Shown: positions 42,216 through 55,483 of the stretch, piece by piece
Numbering within the stretch: position 1 is the stretch's first letter
Layout of the letters: each line of letters starts with the position of its first letter
Assembly (NCBI GenBank): GCA_946408385.1
Contig: CAMJSB010000001.1
Location: forward strand, 36,347 to 100,346
From: an uncultured bacterium
Lineage (GTDB): Bacteria; Patescibacteriota; Gracilibacteria; Absconditabacterales; Absconditicoccaceae
Reading direction: 5' to 3'
Length of the DNA stretch: 64,000 nucleotides
Position numbers and translations under genes: made by a program
Notes under the pieces: model-generated
Seen by the model: only the letters and a program-made list of their open reading frames with translations
What the model was told of the DNA's origin: nothing
Database searches by the model: none

Positions 42216-42878
42216 TTAAAATTTATATGCTCAAAGCAAAAATATTTCGCTACAATATCATGAATCAATAATTTTTATATTTCAAAATATTCATTTAATT
42301 TTCAAAAAAATCTGGTTCCATTCTGATTTAAATTTTTCATTTAATAAATGAATTTCAACAACAATATTATCAATCTTTTCCCATTCATAATCTCATCGTG
42401 AAGATAAAACTTCAAATTCCATTCCCTCAATATCCATTTTTAAAACATCAATTTTTGTTATACTATTTTCTTTTAAATATTTTTCTAAAGTAATAAATTC
42501 AGATTTTACCTCCCTTCCTTTTGTATTCAAAAATGAAGAATATTTACTGGATTGCATAGTTTTTTCCTCATTCAATAATATTGTTGAATATCCAGACTTT
42601 TCGCCTATTCAATAATTATTCAAAATTATATTCTCATCATCTCCCAATTTTATCTTTGCTCTATTATAAAATTGTTTTACTGGTTCAAAATAATGAATTC
42701 TTGCATTTTGATTCAATGACCCACACCGTTGAGAAAATAATCATATATGTCATCATACATCAAAAATACACTTTGATGTACAAATTTTATCTTCCATAAA
42801 ACCATACTCTCTTTTCCGAAAAATCTCATATTCTAGAGCCTTTTCATATTTTAATTGCCTATTTTCCTTACCAATCAT
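42216..42878 (-). CDS. FkbM family methyltransferase
   Basis: IFDVGGHIGLFS, HYFEP, IDVLKMDIEGMEFEVL. Confidence 0.9.
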
Positions 42879-42979
42879 AAAAAAACTTATATCTTTTTTC
42901 AAAAATTAATCAATAAAGGAATTGCAATTCTAATTATTATCTCTATTATGAAAAAGCATTTATAAAACAATGTCATAAA

Positions 42980-43240
42980 ATGTCCGTAGATTATAAGCTT
43001 TGTCCAAAATGTAACAACGCTCTCGACAAAAAAGAAACTAAGTGTCCATACTGTGGAGAAGCTGTTGGAGTCAATTTTTCTATATGAAACAATTCCACAA
43101 CAATAAACAAATTAACCTCTAACAATTCTTCAAACAAAAAAACAAGTGGTTGTGTAATTTTCTTCATATTTTTCATTGCAATTCAAATAATAGGTGCTGT
43201 ACTCTCATTCATTTCCTGAATACTTTCATCTTTGTTCTAA
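42980..43240 (+). CDS. Small zinc-ribbon membrane protein
   Basis: CPKC...CPYCG followed by a C-terminal TM. Confidence 0.7.
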
Positions 43241-43410
43241 TCCACAAAATAAAAGCCCATACCACTTAATTAAAAATTTTGTAGTACTTTCATTTTTGAA
43301 ATTTTATAAAAAAAAATATTTTATCAGAAATTAACCATATCTTTTAATATTGAAAACTAATAAACAAAAAATATATTGAAATCAGATTTTATTTTAACGT
43401 TTTCACAACT

Positions 43411-44151
43411 ATGAAAAAAACAATAATAATAGCTTGATTGCTATGAATCCTAATATGACTGAATACGTTTGCTGCCTGCATTCAATGATCATGAGAATGT
43501 AACGACACTATCAATCCAGAAGAAATTCCATCAGACCAAGATATCAAATTATGATTAGATTTATGACTAATCAAAGCAACAACACAAGAAATTGATAAAT
43601 ACTTACTAGAACAAATAAAAGCTTACTACCGATCACTCAGCAATTGAATAACAACAAAAGAATCAGTAAAAGAAGCCAACCTAGAGTGAGAAATCACCAG
43701 AGCTGAATTGGCAAAAATGGTCAGTAAATATGCTATAAATATTTTAAAAAAAGAAAGAAATACAAACGAAGAATGTATTTTCAACGACATAACTAATGAA
43801 CTTGATATAAAATACGATAATGGAATTACTCATGCATGCGAGCTATGATTAATGTGACAAAATATTAAAGAATTCAGGCCAAACGACTGAGTAACTAGAG
43901 CAGAATTCGGAACTGTTCTTTCCAGGGCATTGTGGTGAAACGAAAATGAATGATGATCAACTTATTACGAAAATCACCTAAAAGCTTTAAAAGCTGAATG
44001 AATCATGAATAATATTTCTTCCCCTATGAATAAAGAGATTAGATGATATGTAATGTTAATGCTCATGAGAAGCAGAAACGACACTCCACAAATTCAAAAA
44101 AAATCTGATATAGATAACCAAATCTCAGAGGTAATAGAAATGTTAGATTAA
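43411..44151 (+). CDS. SLH-like domain secreted protein
   Basis: Signal peptide, AYY(W)SLSNGITT...ITRAELAKMVSKYAINIL, FRPNDGVTRAEFGTVLSR. Confidence 0.85.
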
Positions 44152-44333
44152 ATTTTATCAAAATTTTCAAATTTTCTATTCTTCAATCATTTTTTCTAAA
44201 AAAAAATAAACTTTTCATTATTAAGTCAAACAAAAATGAAGAAGTTGACAGTTATAGACTTGACTTTCAAGTTATGGTTTATATATTAAAATTAAATTTT
44301 TAATAAAACATTTTATTTACTATTCTTTGGCAG

Positions 44334-47300
44334 ATGAACAAACTTTTCAGAAGCTTAATGTTGTCAACTTTTATATTAAGCAATATCCTGACTCCATTAA
44401 GTTATGCAAACCTTGAAGATGATTTATTAAGTAAACCAGAACAAGAAAACATTGAACCACAAACAATTAACAATTCCGAATGATGAATCAATAACACTGG
44501 GGAAGACCTATCTAACGACACAGACAATAATCAAAACATAGACTTAGAAAAATCAATAAACCCAGAAACAGAAGATAGTGAACCAACTTCAAAAGATATA
44601 GATGACAATATCGAAGAAGTAAATACAAAAAATTTAATGAAACTTGGAAACAATGCACCAATTTTAAGAGCAGTAACAAGTAATGATGGATGCTATACTT
44701 TTGATACAGACACCCAAACTATTACAGCTTATAACTGTACAGGCACAAATATAGAAATTCCATCAGAAATTGACTGAGTAGAAGTAAAAATCATATGATG
44801 ATGAAGTAATACAACGGATTGAGCTTTTTATAATAAATGATTAACATCAATAATTCTCCCTGACACAGTCACTACAATAAAACAAAATGCCTTTACAAAA
44901 AACAATTTAAACGTCGTTTATTTTGGTAATTCAATTACATCAATTGAAAGATACGGTTTTTTTGCAAATGCATCAAATCCTGTCATAGGAATCGTACCAA
45001 AAGATACATCACTAGTATCAAATCATAATCAATCCTATATTACATTAGTTAGATGATATAAAGTTATATACAAAAATTGAGACGACACATACGAAACATT
45101 AGTAACAACATGAATTGTAGAAAACTTACCATGAACTAAAGAATGATATGAACTTGTTTGATGGTATGCAGATTCAGACTTATCTACTCCTTTTGATTTT
45201 ACACAAATTATAACTGCAGACACTACACTATACGGAAAATGGAATAAAATTTACACTGATGGATGTTATACATTTAACGAATGAACACAAACAATAACTG
45301 CCTATAATGCATCATGTGGTACTGATATTGTAATACCTTCCTCACTTGATAATGTAGAAGTAAAAATCATATGATGATGAAGTAATACAACGGATTGAGC
45401 TTTTTATAATAAATGATTAACATCAATAATTCTCCCTGACACAGTCACTACAATAAAACAAAATGCCTTTACAAAAAACAATTTAAACGTCGTTTATTTT
45501 GGTAATTCAATTACATCAATTGAAAGATACGGTTTTTTTGCAAATGCATCAAATCCTGTCATAGGAATCGTACCAAAAGATACATCACTAGTATCAAATC
45601 ATAATCAATCCTATATTACATTAGTTAGATGATATAAAGTTATATACAAAAATTGAGACGACACATACGAAACATTAGTAACAACATGAATTGTAGAAAA
45701 CTTACCATGAACTAAAGAATGATATGAACTTGTTTGATGGTATGCAGATTCAGACTTATCTACTCCTTTTGATTTTACACAAATTATAACTGCAGACACT
45801 ACACTATACGGAAAATGGAATAAAATTTACACTGATGGATGTTATACATTTAACGAATGAACACAGACAATAACTAATTACAATGCTTCATGTGATACCG
45901 AAATTGAAATACCTTCTTCCTTCGATAATGTAGAAGTAAAAATTATATGAGAAAATGCGTTTAACTGAAAATGAATAGTTTCCGTAAAAATACCTGACAC
46001 TGTAACAGATATTCAAGATAGAGCCTTCCAATGAGTATGAAGTAATAAAACACTCAATAGCGTTACACTATGAAATAATGTAAAAAGTATTTGAAGATAT
46101 GCTTTTGCTTCTAGTAATCTAGCCACTATAATCTTACCAGATAGCCTAGAATCTACTTCAAATGATACATTCTACAATAATGAATGAGAATGATGAAAAG
46201 TTTTGTGAATAGTAACAAAAGATATATCGCAAGTTCCTGCATGAGTTCGTACTTGAACATATTTAGTTTTAGAGAGATGATACAATGTTACTTACATTGA
46301 TAGTTGAGTAACATTAAAAACTACAGTCACAACATGAATTGTTAAAAATTATTGATTAGACACAAAAGAATGATATCTATTTGACGCTTGGTATAAAGAT
46401 CAAAGTTACACTGAGAAATTTGATTTTTCTGGCACACAAGTCAACCCAATAACAGAAGATACAACCTTATATGCTAAACGAGATGAAATAGTTCGAACAG
46501 ATGACTGATGTTATGAATTTAATAAAGATAAAAAAACAATAATCTGATTTGGTTGAACATGAACTTGTGGTTCAGATATTGAAATTCCTTCTCAGATTGA
46601 TGGAACAACTGTAGAAAGTATATGATGATGAGCGCTAAATAAATCCGGGGCATTCTTCAATAAATGACTAACTTCAGTAAAATTTCCTAATTCTGTTAAA
46701 GAAATTCAAGATAGAGCTTTTCTTCAAAATAATTTGAACTATGTTTTATTGTGAAATTCTACAGAAATAATTTGAAGACACGCTTTCCAAGACAATAAAC
46801 TTGAGACTATTTATATTCCAAATTCAGTAACAGAAATTTGAAATTGGGCTTTCTCTTGGAATGCCGTTGCCGATGTTCCATGTGCAACACATCTTTCAGG
46901 TTATTGATTCTGAGTCGTATGAGTTTATTTATCTGGAAATGATACTCATTTATTTAGTAAAGATACTTGCTTAGAATTTCAGCAATGATATTCAGTAAAA
47001 TATATGAGCTGAGATTCGATATACAGAGAAGATGTATCTACATGATCTGTAAAAAATATTGAATTAACATGAAAAGATTATTATGAATTTTCTGGTTGGT
47101 ACTTAGATAATACTTTTTCTTCTAAATTTGACTTTTCTACTACTATAACATGAAATACCACTTTATTTGCCTATTGGGATCCGATAATATACCATATAAC
47201 TTATGAATTAGATGGTTGAATTAATAACCCTGGAAATCCATATACATATACAATTGAAAGTGATAATATCAATCTAAAAGCTCCAACTAAATCTAGATAT

Positions 47301-48044
47301 TCCTTTGTTTGATGGACAAATATAGACATAACTACACCAACTATGTCTATAACTATTATATGATGAAGCACCGGAGACAAATCATATATTGCAAATTGGG
47401 AACTAAATGGGTATTCTTGAAGATGAAGAATATCATTAAATAATTGAAATAAGGAACACAATGTTTCTTCTGATGACAACGATATAAATGATAATGAAGA
47501 TAAAAACGATAAAAACAAAGAAAAATCAGACTCCAACTTTGACTGAAAATATGATCAAGAATTATTAGATGCATACAATCGAGCTATTAAACAATGATTA
47601 ATGAATTCATCATTTGATGATTTATTAAATGAATGAGAATTAACAAGAGCTGAATTGGCAAAAATAGCCGTAAAATATGTTCAAATACTCTGAATGGAAA
47701 AGAAATTGAATGAAAATGTATCGTATCCAGATGTAGATTCTTCACTATGAGAATTAGAAAATTATATTAAATTAGCATACCAATATCAGATAATGTGAAT
47801 TCATGCAGATGGAAGCAAATTAACCTATTTTAAACCAAACAAATTTGTTTCAAGATGAGAATTTGCTACAGTATTTTCGAGAATATTGCACGGATTTGAA
47901 TATAATATAAATTGATCAAATTTTTATGAAAAACATTTAGAAATTCTAAAATCAGAATGAATTTTAAAAGATACAAATCCTACAAGAATAGAAGAAAAAA
48001 AATGGGTTATATTAATGATGTACAGATACCAAAACCATAACTAA
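44334..48044 (+). CDS. Surface protein (1,236 aa): BspA-type LRR_5 + InlB-B repeats + SLH-like anchor
   Basis: LTSIILPDTVTTIKQNAF, GYELVGWY...FDF...DTTLYGKW, LTRAELAK. Confidence 0.88.
44778..45865 (+). repeat. Intragenic direct repeat with 576-bp period
   Basis: 44778-45289 appears identical to 45354-45865. The ORF track shows identical antisense ORFs 576 bp apart. Confidence 0.92.
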
Positions 48045-48175
48045 TAAAAGCCATATTTTATTACTCAAAATAAAAAATAAAATTTCACCTTTTGTTCTAA
48101 AAAGATATTGAAATCACTTTTAATTATAATATTAATCATAATTGTATAGTATTTTTATATTTTTAATAAAATATT

Positions 48176-48478
48176 ATGAAATTAACTTATAAAGACTGAT
48201 CACTAGAATATGTTGTAGAATGAGACACTCTATTCGTCCTATCTATTTTCGTAGAAGAAAGAAGACAAGGAACAGCTACTCAACTAATGAATATGCTACT
48301 TGAAAAAGCTAGAGAAAAAGAAATTAACGTAATCGAGCTTCCAGCAATGTCTTTCGATGCAGAAGAATGAATGGAAACCGAAGAATTAAAAAGTCGATGC
48401 GAAAGAATGTGATTTGAAACTATTGAAAAATATTCAATCTGAGAAAACAAAGGATATGCCATGAGAATGGAATTATAA
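48176..48478 (+). CDS. Minimal GNAT acetyltransferase
   Basis: IFVEERRQGTATQLM...LKS(W)CERMGF. Confidence 0.7.
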
Positions 48479-48567
48479 TTCCTTATCATAAAAATTTTTC
48501 ACTTGAGATAAAATCCAAAATAGATATTATTTCACCTAGTAAATACAAACAAAAATTTTTTTATATT

Positions 48568-48825
48568 ATGGACACCATTATATCATCCTTTATTAGAATT
48601 AAAGACCTAGACAGCTCTACTTATCAAGTAGATGAAAATCTTAGAGATGAATTTACCAAAAAGGCATATTCATCAGCTATATTTTCTTTGGGTTTAACAA
48701 TTCTTTACATCGCAGCAGCGATTATCGTAGCTTTAATCTTAAGTTGAATCATACTATGATTCAATTCAATCTCAAAGCAAAAGATAGTTATTTTAACTAT
48801 CTTTTTCTTAATCAAAAAAATTTAA
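48568..48825 (+). CDS. Small membrane protein
   Basis: 85-aa ORF with a hydrophobic segment. The 3' end overlaps a hairpin. Confidence 0.45.
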
Positions 48826-48829
48826 TAAA

Positions 48830-48860
48830 AAAAGCTGAATCCATTTAGAATCCAGCTTTT
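48830..48860. terminator. Bidirectional terminator
   Basis: AAAAGCTG...CAGCTTTT between convergent genes. Confidence 0.6.
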
Positions 48861-48901
48861 AATATGTAAGTGTGACTTTTATCAATTTCTATCTACCATT
48901 A

Positions 48902-50173
48902 TTAACTAACTCAATTATTCTCATTTTCCCCTCAATTATTCAATTTCTTAGTCATAAATGCAGGAGTTTCCCAGTCTTCATCCGAATTGTTAGGAGCACG
49001 GAATGCATTATTAGTTAAATCTGGCGTATTATCATTCTCAACATTTGAAGACGAGAATCCTCCAGTTTGTGACGATGAGAATCAGTTTTGACTTGATGCA
49101 TATGATCATGTTGTTTGATTCACTATTCTTGTAATAAAATTTTCAGATTGTGGCTGTCTAACAGGTTTTCATCGATTATCTAACTTAATAGTTTTTCTTT
49201 TACTATCAGCTTGTTCATTGAATCATGTTGCAATAATCGTAACTTTTACCTCATCTTCGAAAGAATCATCAAATGACATTCCCCAAATCATATTTGCTTC
49301 AGGATCAAGAATCTTTTGAACAACATCAGCTGCTTCTTGCACTTCATATGGAGATAAATCTGAACCTCCACTCACAGCAAAAATAACTTTCTTTGCTCCA
49401 TCAAGATTCGTTTCAAGTAATGGATTCTCAATAGCTTTTCTAGCAGCATCAACTGCCCTCTTTTCTCCAGCTCCGTATCAGATTCCAAGTAATGCATTTC
49501 CAGAATTTAACATAATTTCTTTAATATCAGCAAAGTCAATATTAATATCTCATGGTTTAGTAATCAATTCTGAGATTCATTGAATTCACAAATATAATAC
49601 TTTATCTATCATTTCAAATGCTTGTTTGAATGACGTTTTTCTATCAGAGATATTGAAAATTTTATCATTAGGAATTACAATTAACGTATCTACATTTTCT
49701 TTCATTTTAGCCAATCCATCAATAGCGTTCTCATCTCTCTTTTTTCATTCAAAACTGAATGGCTTCGTAACAATTCATATTGTCAAAATTCACATACTTT
49801 TTGCAATTCAAGCAATAACAGGAGCAGCTCAAGTTCCAGTTCATCATCACATTCATGCTGTAATAAATACCATATCAGCATCTCATAATGCTTGCTTAAT
49901 TTCATTTTCTGACTCTTCTGCAGATTTTCTTCAGATTTCTGGATTTGCTCATGCTCAAAGTCATTTAGTAATATTCATTCAAATATTAACTTTTGATGAT
50001 GATAAATTTGCCGCTAAATCTTGAGCATCAGTATTAACTGCGATAAATTCAACACCATCTAATCATTGCTGAATAATTCTATTCAACGCTTTATTTCCAC
50101 CTCATCCAACTCATACAACTTTAATTTTAGCTCCTGGAGTAATTGGAGGAAGAGTTATTTCTTGGATAGTCAT
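48902..50173 (-). CDS. ftsZ: Cell division protein FtsZ
   Basis: VVGVGGGGNKA, NTDAQDL, GAGANPEIG, AGMGGGTGTGAAP, INIDFAD. Confidence 0.98.
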
Positions 50174-50244
50174 GATTGATTTTCAAATAAGAGAATAAAA
50201 ATTTGATTACAAATATGTTTAATTTTTTATTTCAATCATATATA

Positions 50245-51423
50245 TTAAAACAAATCCTTAAACCATTTTCATATTTTTCACACTGTCCTTCAAATATTCA
50301 CTCCTCATCATCAATGACGAGATTCTTCAACATATTTCAACGACCAATAATAACATCCAATAACATTGATAAATTGAATATTATTTGATAAATCACCTAT
50401 ATTTACCACCTGATCTTTTGCATAGAATGTTGCCAACTTAAATACCTCTTTTGAGAGAATATCTATATATTTAATTTTAGCTCATCATCACTGCAACAAA
50501 ATTCCTCAAGGTAATCTTCAATCTTTCTCTAGTTTAAACAAGTGATCATTAATTTTTCAGAATATTTGTTCATATCTAGCACTGATAATCTCCGTCAAAA
50601 AATGCATATCAAGAGGTAAATCCTGAGGAACCTCACTATCAATTATACAACTTCCATTACTTCTTTTTATATCTTCAGCCTCTTTAATATCAACTTGCAT
50701 TCAGATTGAAATATCTTTAGTAATTTCCTCTCCCCCAATCGGCAAAGTTCCATATCCCAATGGATATCAATCTTCATAAATCACATAAGAAGTCTGATTC
50801 TTACCAATGTCTACTAATACAGTTCAAAGATCTTTATGATCATAATCTACTGCAACCTCACTAGCAGCCAAAATATTTGGAATAATATCAGCTACTACTA
50901 ATCCAATTTTGTCGAATGCATCTATAAGTCCATTATAAAAGTTCTTTGGAATCATAAACACATCAGCCATCAAATCGAGTTTTTTACATTTCAACCCAAT
51001 TGGATCTTTTTCTCTTTTAGTTTCATCAAGAATTCGAGATACTGGAACAATCTTGATAGTTTCATAGTTATTTACATTAGCTATTTCTCCTACTATTCTA
51101 GAAAGATGATTCAAATCTTCCATCTCAACAGCCTCATTCATAATTCTTTTTCATTCGATGATTCTTTGAGTTATCATTTCAGGATGAGAAATTCCAACAT
51201 ATACCTTATCAATAAAATCCCCTCCTAATTTTTTGATGAAATACTCAACAATTTTATTTAATACATTCGTAAAATCTTCAGCTTGTAAAATTTTTCATTT
51301 TCTCATTCACATTACAGGTTCTGTTTGTTTAGCCAAGATAACATCTTTTTCGTTATCTTTTCAGAATACAACAGCTTTGATAGTGTCATTTCCAATATCA
51401 AAGATTGCTCTAATATCGTTCAT
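50245..51423 (-). CDS. ftsA: Cell division protein FtsA
   Basis: IFDIGNDTIK, GMRKGKI, LVDIGKNQT, PIGGEEITKDIS. Directly upstream of ftsZ. Confidence 0.93.
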
Positions 51424-51743
51424 GTGTAGATTAGAATAAGAAGTAAAACTACATAAATATTTTTATTTTATTTGTGTCTGATTATTTTTTACAAATGTGA
51501 TTCAAAAAAACAAACCAATATTTTTATTTTATGATATATTTTAGTTATCAGATTAAAGTAAACAAAATATTAGTGATTTTGACATGATAACTTTTTGTTT
51601 TCAGTATGGATAAAATAGATGATTCCTACATTTTAGAATGTTAATGTTTAAAATATTTTTTACTAGCATAAGGAATATATAACTTGCATTTTAAAATTAT
51701 AAATTTACATTCTAATCAGCTTTTTATAAATTAAAATGAATCT

Positions 51744-52508
51744 ATGCTAATAACAATATGATGAAAAGCCTGAAGTGGAAAAGGAACCGTCTCCAAACTT
51801 TTGGCAAAAGAATTAGGATATGAAATAGTTTCAATTGGTGATATGAAAAGAAAGTTGGCCGCTGAAATGTGAATCAACATCATAGAATTCAATAAAATGT
51901 GAGATGATCCTGAAAAATCTGCCGAATTCGATCTAAAATATGAAGAATATCAGAAAAATTTAAAATTAACTGATAATATAATATTAGATTCACGCTTATG
52001 ATTTTATGCACAGCCCAAAGCTTTCAAAATTTTATTAGATGTTGATGAAGAAATCGCCTGAGAAAGGATTTTTAAAGCTGAAAGAGCCACAGACAAACAC
52101 ACGACAAAAGAACATGCAATCAATGAAGTTAAAGAAAGGAATTCTAGTGACGAAGCACGTTACATAAAATTATACAACATTGACCTATGGAACCCTAAAC
52201 ATTATAATCTCGTAATAGACACGAGTGAACGTACTCCTGAAGAAGTTTTACAAATAATTCTAGACGAATTTAAAGCTTTTAAACGAAAACATCAAATTGC
52301 AGAAACTCCTGAAGAAAAAAAAGCGCTAAAAAAAACTAAAGCTAAAACCAAATTGCTCAAGGATATAGCCTTACTACTCGCTCTGATTTTGATAACTTGT
52401 TGGTGGTTATTTACTATTATGAACGAAAAGAAAAAAGCCGAATTAAGAGAGGATAATGAAATAAATGAAAATAGCGCTATCGAAGGAGTAATCAAAGAAT
52501 TAGAATAA
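51744..52508 (+). CDS. cmk: Cytidylate kinase (archaeal-type family) with C-terminal TM extension
   Basis: ITIGGKAGSGKGT, DSRLG, RYIKLYNID, LVIDTS, then IALLLALILITCWWLFTIM. Confidence 0.85.
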
Positions 52509-52674
52509 CTTTATAATTAACATTTAATTGTTATCCATTAATCATAACAGTCTTTTAAACAAAAGAACAATCGTTGAAGTTGTGAACAAATATGTATAAT
52601 TCTCAGAATTTAGTAAAATTTATAATATGAAAAAGCCAGCAATTGAGAAACAACTACTGGCCCTACCCCAGATT

Positions 52675-53124
52675 TTACGGTGTCGTTCCAGTTCTTGGAG
52701 GTGTTGCAGAAGTTTTATTATACTTAACCCATGCAATAATTGACAAAATCAATGACACCAACGTAAACGCCACGAAAAACACCATAAAATCCGTGAGATT
52801 TCTGAGTCTGAGACGCATTTCCCAGCCTGCAAACATGATACTGAATGACTTGGATCCATTCAAAACTAAGAACAACAAGACAGAAATACCTGTCGTTGTC
52901 GTAAAGAGAACTCCTTGGTTTTTTAGATCAGATCTATCTGTACCTGACTTTTTGATGAACCAGTATACATCGAAAGAAAGCACAAGAACAGAAAGAATAA
53001 GAGCAACAATCCAGAGAGCGTTTTCACCGAAGCCATAGGACTTCGCCAGCATACCGGCACTATGACCGGCTCCCCATGCTCCGATGAAGAGCAATGAGGA
53101 AATTCCAATTTTAAATAAATTCAT
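52675..53124 (-). CDS. Orphan multi-TM membrane protein (149 aa)
   Basis: Clean ORF with higher GC. Upstream TTGACA-17-TATATT. No TGA, CGA or CGG codons. Confidence 0.75.
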   Translation of the reverse strand: MNLFKIGISSLLFIGAWGAGHSAGMLAKSYGFGENALWIVALILSVLVLSFDVYWFIKKSGTDRSDLKNQGVLFTTTTGISVLLFLVLNGSKSFSIMFAGWEMRLRLRNLTDFMVFFVAFTLVSLILSIIAWVKYNKTSATPPRTGTTP

Positions 53125-53261
53125 ACAATTTAAGACTACACTTTATTATAAATATACATATTTACCATCGAATGTCAACTTCAATCTAGAACCTCATAAA
53201 AAATATATTTTTTAATTTTCTTCACAAATACAAATAATTTTAAAAAAATCTAATAAAAAAT

Positions 53262-53290
53262 TTGACAATTAAGTACTATTTTCGTATAAT
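53262..53290 (+). promoter_or_regulatory. Consensus sigma70 promoter
   Basis: TTGACA-17 bp-TATAAT, about 35 bp before the ATG at 53325. Confidence 0.75.
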
Positions 53291-53324
53291 AATACCAATC
53301 TTTATTTTATTATCACAAATAAAA

Positions 53325-54200
53325 ATGGAAAAACATGAAAAAATCGAATGAAAAAAAACTAATTCAATAACATGATTCATCAAAACTGTTAAAAACAAAA
53401 TTAAAAATGCATTAACACCAAAAAATGATGAAGAATCTCGGAATTCTTTTTCTGAAGAAGAAAAAAAAGAAATGCTAGAATCATTAAAAATGGCTGACGA
53501 TTTCGATTTATATTCAATAAATATGGAAGATATCTCCGACACTACAGTCTCCATGAAAAGATGAGATACTACAGATTTTAAAGAATGAGTAGTCCAAGAA
53601 GACAAAATCTGAAAATATGTAATGATTAACTGAGTCAAATGTAGAGAATATAAAGATGGAAGTGGAGTGTCTGGATTCGTATATCAAGACATTCGAGATA
53701 GAAATGAAAATAAAGATAATTGGCTCAAAATATGATTCTGCGATAAAGGTAAGTTTAAAAAATATGTAACAATAGACTGGCTAGGTGAAATAGAAACAAT
53801 AAATTTACCACAAGGAATAGAAAAAGAACTTGGATGACCATTCTATGAAATAGATAAACCGCATGAATGACCATTAACAAATATATCACGAGATGACTTA
53901 TATTCTCCCGTAAAAGAAAAAGACGATGATTTCAAAAGTACAAGATATAAAAACAGCTACACTCGTTCTGAAAATTGGGAAGAGAATAAAGAATGAAGTC
54001 ACATTAACATCAATTGAATAGAATTTAAACCTTTTAAAAAAGGAATAACTTGATACATATACCAAGAATTCAATGCCTTAACAGATAAAAATGATGAAAA
54101 TAAAATTATTCTTGCTGAATACAAAGATTGAAAAATGGTATGAGAATGAGTCATTTTAAGTCAAGATAAAAAAACATACTTCATAAAGCACAACAAATAA
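53325..54200 (+). CDS. Hypothetical protein with duplicated INGx...GxxGxxYQ module
   Basis: 291-aa open frame in code 25. Confidence 0.7.
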
Positions 54201-54255
54201 AACAAACAGACTAATGAAATTTTCTCTGATTTTTAATTTTTAACAAACATAAAAA

Positions 54256-54855
54256 ATGCAAGTACCTATTTGAGTATCAAACAGACACATCCATTTATCA
54301 AAAGCTGATGCTGAAAAATTATTTGGTGAATGATTTGAATTAACTAAAAAAAGTGACCTTTCTCAGCCATGACAATATGCAGCTGAAGAATGTGTAGTTT
54401 TAAAATGACCTAAATGAGAAATCGCAAAAGTTAGAATTCTTTGACCATACAGACCACAAACTCAAGTAGAAATTCTCATGGCCGATCAATTTAAACTTTG
54501 AACAATGGCTCCAATCAGACTTTCAGGAGACTTAAAATGATCTGCTCCAGTTACTATCATTGCTCCAAATGGAAACGGAATCTCAATTGAAGAATGAATG
54601 ATTATCGCAAAAAGACATATTCACATGTTGCCTTCAGATGCTGAAACTTACGGAGTACAGAATAATCAAATAGTAAAAATTAAATGCGGAGGAGAAAGAG
54701 GTTTAATCTTCGATGAGGTAGTAGTTCGTGTAACTGATACATCAAAACTCGATACTCACATCGATACTGAAGAATGAAATGCTGCAAAATTAAAAACCGG
54801 AGACGAAGCTGAAATTATCACAGATTGAGAAATCAGATTTTATACTAAAAATTAG
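54256..54855 (+). CDS. pduL: Phosphate propanoyltransferase (PduL)
   Basis: VSNRHIHLS, LSQPGQYA, VRILGP, IIAKRHIHM, HIDTEEGNA. Confidence 0.93.
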
Positions 54856-54856
54856 T

Positions 54857-55423
54857 ATGAGAGTTCCTGTTTATATTCAGAAAAAACATATCCATCTAGC
54901 CCAGATAGATGCAGAAAAGCTGTTTGGGAAGTGATATGTTTTTTGAATTGAAAAAAAGTTTACACAACCATGAGAATATTTCACCAAAGAAAAATTGACC
55001 ATCAAATGACCAAATTGAATGATTGAGAATGTGGATATTATTATGCCATTTAGAAAATTTACTCAAGTGGAGATTTCTCCATCTGATAATAAAATTCTTT
55101 GAATTAATGCTGTAGAAACCAAATCATGAGAATTAAAAAAGGCTGAGCCAATAACTCTGATTTGACCAAAATGAACAATTTATCTGAATAAGTGTGTAAT
55201 CATTGCAGAAAAACATATTCACATGAGTGTAGCTGATGCTAAAGACTTTGGTCTTAGAAATAATCAAATGGTAAACTTGAAAACACCTTGAAAAGACTGA
55301 AAAATCATTGAAAAAGTCAGGACTAGAACTAATGATAAATTTGAATTTGATCTACACTTGAATGAAGATGAATGAAAAAGATATTGATTAGAAACTAATT
55401 ACCGAGCTGAAATCTTAAAATAA
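54857..55423 (+). CDS. Divergent PduL paralog
   Basis: QKKHIHLA, TQPGEY, IIAEKHIHM, LHLNEDEG. Confidence 0.85.
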
Positions 55424-55483
55424 TAACTTGATTATTTAGAGATTATTTGAATAATAAGATAATATTTAATTTATAAAAAAACA

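Noticed and set aside
44778-45865. DGR template/variable repeat pair
   Set aside because: The copies are identical, in frame and lack adenine-specific mismatches, and no reverse transcriptase is present.
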